Assembly (NCBI GenBank): GCA_965243135.1
Contig: OZ251539.1
Location: 896,001-960,000 of the forward strand
Direction: 5' to 3'
Length of the DNA stretch: 64,000 nucleotides
DNA from: Alphaproteobacteria bacterium
Lineage (GTDB): Bacteria; Pseudomonadota; Alphaproteobacteria; MPNO01; UBA830
Under the pieces are notes generated by a model. The model searched no databases and was not told where the DNA came from. It saw only the letters and a list, made by a program, of their open reading frames with translations. Made by a program: the position numbers and the translations under genes. This document shows positions 10,619-19,895 of this stretch, in pieces (within the stretch, counting starts at the first letter, position 1; each line of letters opens with the position of its first letter).

Positions 10619-10744
10619 GCCGATGAGCGCTCGCGGTTCCGGGCCGGGCGGAGTCGGCGTCGTCGGGACGACCGGACGGTCGGCCGTTCTTCGCCTTCTC
10701 CGCCGGCGGCTCGGTCCGCCGGCCGGCCGCGCCTTCGCGAAAGG

Positions 10745-11923
10745 ATGCCCGGCTTGTCGCGGCTAGGTTACGAGGGCGTCGCCGTCTGCGCCCCGGCGAC
10801 GATTCCCTACGCGCGCTACTCGATCAGGAGCGCCCACTGGTTTTGCGGGCGCGCTCTCGCGGAGTTGATCAAGGAGGCGGGCGTCGCGAAGGCCGATATC
10901 GACGGATACTGCGTTTCGAGTTTCACGCTCGCCCCCGACACGGCCGTCGGGCTGATGCAGTATCTCGGCGTTTCGCCGCGCTGGCTCGACCACATTCCGA
11001 TGGGGGGCGCGAGCGGCGCGGTGGCGCTGCGGCGCGCGGCCCGCGCCGTGCAGGCGGGCGACGCCGAAATCGTCGCGTGCATCGGCGGCGACACGAATCA
11101 CGTCGACACTTTCCGGCGAACGATCGCCACCTTCAGCCAGTTCGCCAACGATGCCGTCTATCCTTACGGTTCGGGCGGGCCCAATTCGAGCTTCGCCTTC
11201 CTGACCGACCATTACATGCGGGAGTACGGCGCGAGGCGCGAGGATTTCGGCCGGCTGTGCATCGCGCAGCGCAACAACGCGCTTTCCGTTCCGCACGCGA
11301 TGATGAAGCGCCCGCTGACCATGGACCAGTACCTGAACGCGCGCGTGATCGCCGATCCCTTGCGCCTGTTCGATTGCGTGATGCCGTGCGCCGGGGCCGA
11401 AGCCTGCCTCGTCACCACGACCGACAGGGCGAAGTCCCTGGGCCTCCCTTACGCGACGGTGCTCTCGACGATCGAACGCCATAACGCGTTTCCCGACGAT
11501 CCGATTCAGATCCGGGGCGGCTGGGCGCTGGACGCGGACGAGTTCTACGGGCAGGCTGGCGTCGGTCCGAAGGACATGGATCTTATGCAAGCCTACGACG
11601 ACTACCCGGTCATCTGCTTCATGCAGATCGAGGATCTGGGTTTCTGCGCCAAGGGAGAGGCTGGCGAATTCGTGCGCGGACGGGATCTGACGGCGGCCGG
11701 CGACTTTCCGTTCAACACCTGCGGCGGACAGCTCTCGGCAGGGCAGGCGGGCGCCGGAGGAGGCTTCATCGGCCTCGTCGAGACCGTGCGCCAGCTCACC
11801 GGGCGGACGGTCGGCGACAAGGTGGAGCGGGCGCGCCACGGCCTCGTTTCCTGTTTCGGCATGATCAACTACGACCGCGGCCTGTGCACGTCGGCCGCCA
11901 TTCTCGCCGAAAGCTCGCCGTGA
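10745..11923 (+). CDS. Thiolase-superfamily protein (SCP2/Ltp2-like)
   Basis: PLRLFDC, YDDYP, NTCGGQLSAG motifs; coupled to DUF35 gene. Confidence 0.85.
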   Translation: MPGLSRLGYEGVAVCAPATIPYARYSIRSAHWFCGRALAELIKEAGVAKADIDGYCVSSFTLAPDTAVGLMQYLGVSPRWLDHIPMGGASGAVALRRAARAVQAGDAEIVACIGGDTNHVDTFRRTIATFSQFANDAVYPYGSGGPNSSFAFLTDHYMREYGARREDFGRLCIAQRNNALSVPHAMMKRPLTMDQYLNARVIADPLRLFDCVMPCAGAEACLVTTTDRAKSLGLPYATVLSTIERHNAFPDDPIQIRGGWALDADEFYGQAGVGPKDMDLMQAYDDYPVICFMQIEDLGFCAKGEAGEFVRGRDLTAAGDFPFNTCGGQLSAGQAGAGGGFIGLVETVRQLTGRTVGDKVERARHGLVSCFGMINYDRGLCTSAAILAESSP

Positions 11924-13161
11924 CGAAGGTCCTGCCGCCTCCGAAGCGGAAGGATCCGCGCCGACGCACGCGGATGCCGACCCTGCCGCCCGGCAACCGT
12001 TCCCGCGAGGCCCAGGGCCTTGCGGCGATGGCGGCGGTCGGCCGGTTCGCTCTGCAGACCTGCGCGGACTGCGAAGCGGTTCAATATCCGCCGCGGCAGA
12101 TCTGCGGCAAATGCCTCGGCGACGCCCTCGAATGGAGGGACGTGCCGGACGGCGGCACGTTGCTTGCGGAGACCACGCTGCGGCATTCCAACGACTTGTA
12201 CTTCCGCGACCGGCTTCCGTGGCGTCTCGGCATCGTCGCCGCCGACGCCGGCCCTTCGATCGTCGCGCATCTCGCCGAAGACTGCGCGCGGGGGGAGCGC
12301 GTTCGCCTTTCGCTGGGGATCGATCCCGCAGGCAACGCCGTGGCGACGGCGCGGCCCGAACGGCCGACCCCTCGTCAGGAGGACGACGTCCAGCTGCGCG
12401 AAATGGAGTTCGATCCCCGGCACAGGCGAATTCTCATCGTGGACGGCAAGACGGAACTTGGGCTGGAGCTTGCGAAAGCGTTCGCGGACGCGGGCGCGCG
12501 AGACATTTTCGCGGGCTTCGCGCAACCCTGGAGGGAGAGCCGTTACCTGAACGAAATGCGCAAGATGGAACGAGTCACGCCGTTTCCTCTCGACGTGACC
12601 GATACCGATTCCGTCGAGGAGCTGGCGGCCATGATCGGCCACAAGGTCGAAATCATGGTCAACAACTCCTATCATCTTCGGACGGGCGGCTTGATCGATC
12701 GCTTCGACATCAATACCGCGCACGACGAGATGGAGGTCCACTATTACGGCCTGATGCGGCTGGCGGGGCACTTCGGGCCGACGATGCGCGCTCTCGGAGC
12801 CGACGGCCATCACGCCGCCGCCGCGTGGCTGAATATTTTCTCGGCGTACGCCTGGATCAACAATCCCGCGTTGGGCACGTACTCCGCTTCGCAGGCGGCC
12901 GCTCTTTCCCTGTCCCAATGCCTGCGCGCCGAACTGACGGCCGGCGGCGTGCGGGTGGTCAACGCCTTCATCGGCCCCATCGAGGACGAGTGGCACCAAC
13001 TGGCGCCGCCGCCCAAGCTGCTTCCGGCCGGGATCGCGCCGCGCGTCGTCGCCGCTCTCAAACGGGGCGTCGAGGACGTCCCGATCGGCGCGGTGGCCGA
13101 AGAAATCCTCGAGCGAATGGCGGAAAATCCAAAGGAGATGGAACGCGCCATCCGTCTCTGA
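11920..13161 (+). CDS. DUF35 zinc-ribbon/OB-fold fused to SDR-like domain
   Basis: CADC...YPPRQICGKC N-terminus; YSASQAA SDR-like C-terminus; GTG overlaps thiolase stop. Confidence 0.8.
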   Translation: MTKVLPPPKRKDPRRRTRMPTLPPGNRSREAQGLAAMAAVGRFALQTCADCEAVQYPPRQICGKCLGDALEWRDVPDGGTLLAETTLRHSNDLYFRDRLPWRLGIVAADAGPSIVAHLAEDCARGERVRLSLGIDPAGNAVATARPERPTPRQEDDVQLREMEFDPRHRRILIVDGKTELGLELAKAFADAGARDIFAGFAQPWRESRYLNEMRKMERVTPFPLDVTDTDSVEELAAMIGHKVEIMVNNSYHLRTGGLIDRFDINTAHDEMEVHYYGLMRLAGHFGPTMRALGADGHHAAAAWLNIFSAYAWINNPALGTYSASQAAALSLSQCLRAELTAGGVRVVNAFIGPIEDEWHQLAPPPKLLPAGIAPRVVAALKRGVEDVPIGAVAEEILERMAENPKEMERAIRL

Positions 13162-13178
13162 CGGCGCGCGAGAGAAAC

Positions 13179-13982
13179 ATGGCGAAGGAAGGACGTACAA
13201 CTCTCCTCGGAAGCCTGCTGACCGGCATCGTCGACGGGAGCATCCGGGTCGTCGATCTTACGATGACCCTCGATCAACGCACCCCGACGATCGTCGTCCC
13301 GCCCGAGTGGGGGCAGTCCTGGCCGTTCCGCATGGAGGTGATCTCGCGGTACGATCGCCGCGGTCCCGGCGTCTATTGGAACAACGTTTCCTGCGGCGAG
13401 CACACCGGCACTCATTTCGACGCGCCGATCCACTGGATCTCGGGCAAGGATCTTCCCAACAACGCGACCGACACGATTCCTCCGGAGCTGTTCGTCGCGC
13501 ATGCCTGCGTCGTCGATTGCTGCGCCGAAGCCGACGCGGATCCGAACTATCTGCTCACGGTCGAGCGAGTCGCGGAGTGGGAGGCGCGGCACGGCCGGAT
13601 TCCGCCGCGTTCCTGGCTGTTGATGCGCACCGACTGGTCCAGGAAGGCGGATCCGGTCGCTTATCTCAACATGGGCGAGGAGGGCGCGAATACCCCGGGC
13701 CCTCACCCGGACCTCGTTCCCTGGCTGATCGAGGAGCGCGACGTGGTCGGTTTCGGGGGAGAGGCGGTCGGCACGGACGCGGGGCAGGCGGCCCACTTTC
13801 CGGTCCCCCATCCGTGTCATCACATGATGCACGGCGCGGGCCGTTTCGGCCTTCCGGCCCTCACCAACCTCGACCTGTTGCCGCCGCAGGGCGCGGTCGT
13901 AGTCGCCGCTCCGCTCAAGATTCGCCAGGGATCGGGAAGCCCGGTCCGGGCGCTGGCGTTCGTCGAGGACAAGCGGACATGA
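13179..13982 (+). CDS. Cyclase/kynurenine formamidase family metal hydrolase
   Basis: EHTGTHFDAPIH motif, GSGSPVR. Confidence 0.9.
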   Translation: MAKEGRTTLLGSLLTGIVDGSIRVVDLTMTLDQRTPTIVVPPEWGQSWPFRMEVISRYDRRGPGVYWNNVSCGEHTGTHFDAPIHWISGKDLPNNATDTIPPELFVAHACVVDCCAEADADPNYLLTVERVAEWEARHGRIPPRSWLLMRTDWSRKADPVAYLNMGEEGANTPGPHPDLVPWLIEERDVVGFGGEAVGTDAGQAAHFPVPHPCHHMMHGAGRFGLPALTNLDLLPPQGAVVVAAPLKIRQGSGSPVRALAFVEDKRT

Positions 13983-15526
13983 CCGCGCCGGTTTACGTTC
14001 CGCCGCCGGAAGCGGTTCAAGCGGGGGCGACGACGGTCGGTCGGCTGTTCGCGGAAACGGCCGCGTTGAACCCCGGGCGGACGGCGTTGGTCGAAGGCGA
14101 CCGGGAGCTGACGTACGGAGAACTCGCCGCGCGGGTCAACCGGCTGGCCGGAGCGATGCTCGAAAAAGGGATCGGCCGGGGCGACAGGGTCGCGCTGCTG
14201 GCTCGCAACTGCATTGCGTTTCTCGAGGTCGAGCTGGCGGCGGCGAAGATCGGCGCCATTGCGGTCAACTTCAACTGGCGCTGGGCCGAGGCCGAAATCG
14301 CGCACAGCCTCCGCCTGACGTCCCCCCGTCTGGTCGTCGCGGCTCCGGAATACGCGACCGCGCTGAGGGCCGCCGGCCGCCCGCCCGATCTGTCGTTCGG
14401 CGCGGAGTACGAGGCGGCGCTTCAAGCTTTCGGGGACGACGAACCGAACGTCCGCGTCGAGGCGGAGGACGGGCTGGTGATCATCTTCACGAGCGGCACC
14501 ACGGGACTGCCCAAGGGCGCGCTGATCAGCCACCGCGCCATGATCGCCCGCAGCCTGATCTACGCGAGCGAGTTTCACGTTCCGAAAGAAGACACTTTCG
14601 TCGCCTGGTCGCCGCTGTTCCACATGGGGGCCAACGATTTCGCTCTGGCGACGCTGCTGCGCGGGGGGAGGGTCGCGGTCGTCGACGGTTATCGGCCTCA
14701 GGAAATAATACGAATCGTCGAAACCTGGCCGGTGCACTGGCTCATCGTAATACCGGGCATGATCGAGGACTTCATCCGGCAGTTGAGGGACGCCGGAGCG
14801 AAACCGAAGCCGGTCGGGATGATCGGGGTCATGGCGGATCTCGTTCCGCGGGCGTTGATCGCGGAGATCTCGACGCTGCTCGACGCTCCCTACGTCAACA
14901 CCTTCGGCTCGACGGAGACGGGAAATCCGCCCGCGAGCGCGAACTTCATCGCCGTCGGCGCGACGCCGGAGAGATTGTCCAAGGCGCAGACCGGGTTCTG
15001 CGAGGTTCGTCTCGTCGATTCCGACGACAACGACGTGCCCGACGGCGAGGCGGGCGAACTGGCCATCCGAGGTCCCAGCCTTTTCTCCGGTTATTGGGGC
15101 AACGACGACGCCAACAGGGAGGCGTTCCGGGGCGGCTGGTTCCACATGGGCGACGTGTTCCGCCGCAATCCCGACGGAACCCTGGATTTCGTCGACCGGG
15201 TCAAGTACATGATCAAGTCCGGCGGCGAGAACGTTTATCCGGCCGAGATCGAACAGCACATCATGGCCGACGCGCGCATTATCGACGTGGCGGTCGTGCG
15301 CAAGCCGGACGATCGCTGGGGCGAAGTGCCGGTCGCGTTCGTCGCGAGCAACGACGAGACCCTCAGCGCCGAGGACGTCGTCGGGATGTGCAGGGGCAGA
15401 ATCGCCGGCTACAAACTCCCCAAGGAAGTCCATTTCGTGGCGACGGACGATCTTCCGCGGACCCTCACCGGGAAGATTCAGCGTCAGGCCCTGGAAGAGC
15501 GGCTGAGCGGCCGGAGCCCGGCCTGA
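13979..15526 (+). CDS. AMP-dependent acyl-CoA synthetase
   Basis: FTSGTTGLPKG, FGSTE, GWFHMGD, KSGGENVYPAEIE. Confidence 0.9.
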   Translation: MTAPVYVPPPEAVQAGATTVGRLFAETAALNPGRTALVEGDRELTYGELAARVNRLAGAMLEKGIGRGDRVALLARNCIAFLEVELAAAKIGAIAVNFNWRWAEAEIAHSLRLTSPRLVVAAPEYATALRAAGRPPDLSFGAEYEAALQAFGDDEPNVRVEAEDGLVIIFTSGTTGLPKGALISHRAMIARSLIYASEFHVPKEDTFVAWSPLFHMGANDFALATLLRGGRVAVVDGYRPQEIIRIVETWPVHWLIVIPGMIEDFIRQLRDAGAKPKPVGMIGVMADLVPRALIAEISTLLDAPYVNTFGSTETGNPPASANFIAVGATPERLSKAQTGFCEVRLVDSDDNDVPDGEAGELAIRGPSLFSGYWGNDDANREAFRGGWFHMGDVFRRNPDGTLDFVDRVKYMIKSGGENVYPAEIEQHIMADARIIDVAVVRKPDDRWGEVPVAFVASNDETLSAEDVVGMCRGRIAGYKLPKEVHFVATDDLPRTLTGKIQRQALEERLSGRSPA

Positions 15527-15798
15527 TCCGCGAGATCGTTTTCGACGGCGACCATCGGCGGGTTCCGGAGGTCCGACCAAGAGGGGAGAATCCGGGCCGA
15601 AGCCTCAATGGCTGGAAGGGCGCATTCTTTCGGCGCTTCGCCTTCGGGCCGGAGAATTCAATCGAAGAAGAGGAAAACGAGGAAAAGCGGGCCGGGGTTC
15701 TCGACATGCGCAGGAACGACCACAGCTGCGTCGCGTCGACCGCGCCTGGGCCCCCGCTGTTCATGCCTTCCAAGGCCGCATCGTGGATACGGTGGGCG

Positions 15799-15960
15799 AT
15801 GGAAGCGAATCACTCCCACTTGACGACGCAGAAGACGCTCTACGTCGAGATCGGCCGGGCTCGCGACCGGGCGGTCACCGATGACCGGAACGCGCTGCGC
15901 GAGCGGCTGGAGGCCGCCACCGGCGAGCGCATCGCCGCGCGGGAGGCGGTCGCGCCGGGG
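15799..15960 (+). pseudogene. Fragment resembling the C-terminal helicase part of a MobF/TrwC-type conjugative relaxase
   Basis: MEANHSHLTTQKTLYVEIGRARDRA..TDDRNALRERLEAATGER resembles the helicase motif VI (YVxxSRAR) region; no rest of gene. Confidence 0.6.
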
Positions 15961-16131
15961 AAGGGCAGAAGGTCCGAACCCGTCCACGGCCGGAAGCATG
16001 AAGGTCGCTCGGCGGAATCGCGCGAGTGGGTACCGGAATCGGAGAAGACCCGCGAGCAGCCGGAATCGGGACGGAGATGCAAGGCGGTTTCGCCGCTTGT
16101 CAATCGACAGGCGACGCGTCATCATTTTGGC

Positions 16132-16392
16132 ATGATCGCGTCGTTCAAACACCGAGGCCTCAAGGCGCTTTATCGGACAGCGCGGCGGGTGGCGTCTGAG
16201 CATGTCGAGAAACTGAAGGACATCATGCTGGGCCGTGGACCCAACGACATGGACTTGCCGGGATTCCGACTCCACGCGCTGAAGGGTAAGATGAAAGGCC
16301 ACTACGCCGTTTCGGTATCGGGGAACTGGCGCGTGACTTTCCGATTCGAAGACGGGTCCGCAGTTGACGTCGATTACGTGGACTATCATTGA
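16132..16392 (+). CDS. higB: HigB-like (RelE/ParE family) toxin
   Basis: MIASFKHRGLK...GFRLHALKG...VSGNWRVTFRF...DYH; 86 aa, apparently with short internal deletions. Confidence 0.85.
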   Translation: MIASFKHRGLKALYRTARRVASEHVEKLKDIMLGRGPNDMDLPGFRLHALKGKMKGHYAVSVSGNWRVTFRFEDGSAVDVDYVDYH

Positions 16393-16405
16393 GGAGGTTT
16401 GGACC

Positions 16406-16732
16406 ATGGCGATGCAAAATCCACCTCACCCCGGCGGCGTCGTGAGACGGCAATGTCTGGAGCCTCTCGGTCTGTCCGTGACGCGAGCCGCCGAAGGTCT
16501 GGGCGTCACGCGCCAAGCTCTTTCCCACCTCGTCAACGGCAACGCGGGTATCTCGGTCGATATGGCCGTCCGCCTGTCGAAGGCGTTCGGGTCGAACCCG
16601 GAGACGTGGCTGGGTATGCAGATGGCCTACGATCTGTGGCAGGCACGTGATCGCGCCGACCGGATCGTGGTCGAGCGGTTCAAGGCGGCCCGAACGAGGA
16701 AGTTTCCCGCCCCGGCAGCAGCATCTGCTTGA
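16406..16732 (+). CDS. higA: HigA family antitoxin
   Basis: NPPHPG, HTH, AGISVDMAVRLSKAFG..PETWLGMQ; GAGGAGG RBS. Confidence 0.9.
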   Translation: MAMQNPPHPGGVVRRQCLEPLGLSVTRAAEGLGVTRQALSHLVNGNAGISVDMAVRLSKAFGSNPETWLGMQMAYDLWQARDRADRIVVERFKAARTRKFPAPAAASA

Positions 16733-17141
16733 AGCCGCTCAAGCCCAAGTCACAGCCAGCGTCCGGCGCTTCAAGATAGCCACGACCTCCGCCCTCATGG
16801 CAGCGGGGCCTCGTCCATGTACGCGGCGCAGGCAGCAACGTAAGCTCGCGCACTCTCGGCAGCGGCCTTCGCGGCGGCGAGCGCGCCCACCAGGATTTCT
16901 CTCACGGGACATAATTGCCAGCAGACCGCTGAAAGCGCATCGCCAGCCATAGGCCGCTTTTGTCCGCATGCTGAACGCCTGATGATTCCTGGTCTGGCTA
17001 AACGTCAGCGAATAGGTCGCCTCAATTTCTGGCGGCAGCGCGTCGCGCGACGCTACCACGGAGCTTTGCCCATGATGCTCGAAACCTGCTGTCGCCATGA
17101 GGACGCATCCATCCTCTGGCCGACAATCCTCTATCCATACG

Positions 17142-19146
17142 CAGGGCGAATTCAAGAATGGCGCGATCATTGCCAAGCGCCGCCCTTGAGGAGGCGGCCG
17201 CGGCGTGAGATTCGCGTCGGCGAGACGATGGCGGCGTGAAGAGACGGCAGCGGTGCTGACAGCGGTGGTGCGAGAGGCGAGGCTACTGGCGGACGTCAGA
17301 AGACCTCCGTGGACAGCTCTCGAACGGCCTGGCGCAGGTCGTAGTGCCGGTGAGCCTGCGGCAGGTAATCGTCCGCGCAACCGAACGATGGAGATCGCGG
17401 CGTTGCGAATCGAAGCCAGTGCACGGGCACTGCCCCCGACGTGGTTGCGGCGGCGGTCCTCGTCGTAAGTCATGTCGCGAACATGATGCACCCGGTTCTC
17501 GATTTCCCAGTGACGGCGAGCAATATCGAGAATCTCGGCAGGTCCTCCGTGCGATGGCGGGACGGAAGTTACTCCGTAAATGATTTCCGAAGTTGTCCCG
17601 ACGATCTTTCCCTTTCTGAGTTTCTGGCGTATACGTTCGATGCGGAACGCTTGCCGTCGCCCGGGCAGTTCAACGTACCCGTCCCAAGTTTTGTCGAGTT
17701 CGACGACCAGACAACTACGAGTGTCGATTCGACCGTGCGTTTTTTCGACCGTCTCGCTTTTACCGACCTCCTGATCGTTCCAGTCAATCGCTTTCGTCGA
17801 GTATCGTCTTCTGATTGCCCTTGACGACCATAAGATAATCGGCTCCCCTGTCCAAGATCAACTGGGTGGTTTCGACCTGAGTGTGCATGGCGTCAGCGGT
17901 CACAATACGTCCAGACAACTGCATGCTCCGTAACAACTTTCGCGCAGCTGGAATCTCGTTTGACTTGTCTGCGACTTTCACCTGACCGCAAATTAGTCCG
18001 GTTTCGTGCTCGACGGCGCCGACCAGATGGCATCCGTCCCCCCGCCGCGACGCTCCGCGCACGGATTTCCCGTCAAGGATTCCGTTGGGATCCTGGTATT
18101 GCGCGGTCCATTCTCGCAAAGCCTTGTCAAGAGCTTCCGGGTCGACATTTGAAAGCACGCGATGGAAGGTAGCTCGGCGCCGTGCGGTTTCCATTATCGC
18201 TCTGAGCGCACCTCCGCCAGCTGCGGTTGCTTCAACTTTCTGGAGAAGTCCGCTATGGCGGTCACGCTGAACAAACCGCACAGTTGCGCCGCTATCGCGA
18301 GAACCGTTGCCAAAGCGCTGACCGCGACGACTTCGGAAGTCCGGCACCGTACTCAAATACTCGTACAGACTCCCCATTCTGTGATCCGGTATCTCGTCTA
18401 CGTTCAATGTCTTGCAGTTCCAGCTCTTGTCGTCGGAAAGCATGCGAAGTTGCTTGCGGGCATCCTTTTCCAGCTCGAACATCTTTCTGGACGTTCCGTG
18501 TTCGCGGTAACCGCCGCATGCGCTCGTATCCTTTTGTGAACCCAATGGCTTGCCAGTTTGCCGCTTGGTAACACGTTCCCTCGAAACGGTCCGGATCCAC
18601 AAAAGTCTCCGCCATCAGGACTGGATGACCGTATGCCGCCTGAAAGTCGTCCGACAGGCGCTGGGTGCTGAGGGACAAAATATGGGACGCCAGATTGTGT
18701 CGCCGCCAAGGCGGAAGAATCAGTAAGCGTGCGTTGTTCGCTACAAGATGCAACCGGCGGCCACGCTGCTCGGGCGTCCAGCCACCGGTCTCGCGCCCGC
18801 AGCCGCCAGGCCCCGGCTTTCCAACCCAGCAACGCTACCCATTCCCCGTTCGGGGCCACGGCGACATGCCGCACCGCCTCGCCGACCATGCCGCGAAACT
18901 CAAGGTAGTGATGCTTCCGCATCGTCTCGTCCCACCGGTCGCGTTCGGCCCGGTCGAGCACCGGCCGAACGGCAATGTCGTTCGGCCCCCAAATGTTTTT
19001 CAGCATCATGGCCGGCACATTGGCGGCAAAAACCGGAAATGTCTAGAAAAAAATTACCCGCCGGTATTTCCGATCATTCGCCCCCTTCTTGAACGGCCTT
19101 TACCTTGCATTATCATTAGGTTAGGCTGAAAGATAAATTCGCCCTG
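17142..19146 (-). mobile_element. ISAs1-family element with N-terminal DUF4338 domain (degenerate)
   Basis: Inverted ends CAGGGCGAATT (17142-17152 / 19136-19146); 9-bp direct repeat ATCCATACG (17133-17141, 19147-19155); frameshifted DUF4338 (HHYL..ETFVDP.RF.GTCY.AANW) then ISAs1 motifs DGKSVRG, KSNEIPA, TADAMHTQ, VKGNQ, DMTYDED. Confidence 0.88.
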
Positions 19147-19231
19147 ATCCATACGGCCCATCTTGGCACTTTTTTGCCGATAATGATCGCCTCAGTCAGT
19201 CATTCTGACCTATATTTTTGAAGGGCTTTTT

Positions 19232-19561
19232 TTAGTCCGTTCCTTCTTGCGCCTCGCATAGCGCCTCGCTGACCTCGATCAACTCGTTGGTCAGCCGACG
19301 CAAACGTTGACATTCGGCAATCTGCGTCCGAACGCGCTCGACATCGTCCGGCTTCAAGATTCGCGTCACCGTTTTCCCGTCCACATGGCGGGTGAACGAC
19401 CAGCTTGGTCCGTGTCCCGGGTCGCCTTCCCGAGCGCAACGGCAGTTGGGTTTGCCGCACTTGCGATAACGCGAGACGAGCGAACCCGGGCGCAGGTCGC
19501 CAATCGCGGCCAGTTCCTGGAGCAGCTGGGCTCGACGGCCTTCGAGTTCTTCCGTGGACAT
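19232..19561 (-). CDS. DUF6788-like protein, probable first ORF of an ISKra4-type element
   Basis: GSLV..YRKCGKPNCRC...GHGP motif; putative GGG-starting IS end at ~19630-19652; A-run right after stop; downstream transposase absent. Confidence 0.7.
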   Translation of the reverse strand: MSTEELEGRRAQLLQELAAIGDLRPGSLVSRYRKCGKPNCRCAREGDPGHGPSWSFTRHVDGKTVTRILKPDDVERVRTQIAECQRLRRLTNELIEVSEALCEAQEGTD

Positions 19562-19895
19562 GGAGCGCCCCGTTTCCTGACAGCTTATAGACTGATACGC
19601 CGGTTCTTCCCACATTCCAAGACTTTCCTCATGACAATCCTGTCGTGCACCCGAATCCGGGCGCTGCCAGCTCGAAAAAGCCGGCAGCCGGTCCGTAGCG
19701 GTTTCGGCGTCGAAAGAGGATTTTGCCCGGAGCGAATTTCGGGCCGATTCTCGATAAATGCATGGTCGACCCGATCGCGGCGTAAATGGTGCATCAGAAT
19801 AAGTATTCTCGGAATCGACTTCTTTCTGATATCGAATCAAGCTTTCTGACGCATTTTTTCTCAAGACCTAGATCGTTCACCTGTAACGCAGACAA

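Noticed and set aside
18292-19018. Druantia defence system
   Set aside because: Only a broken DUF4338 region inside IS ends; no DruE-like helicase
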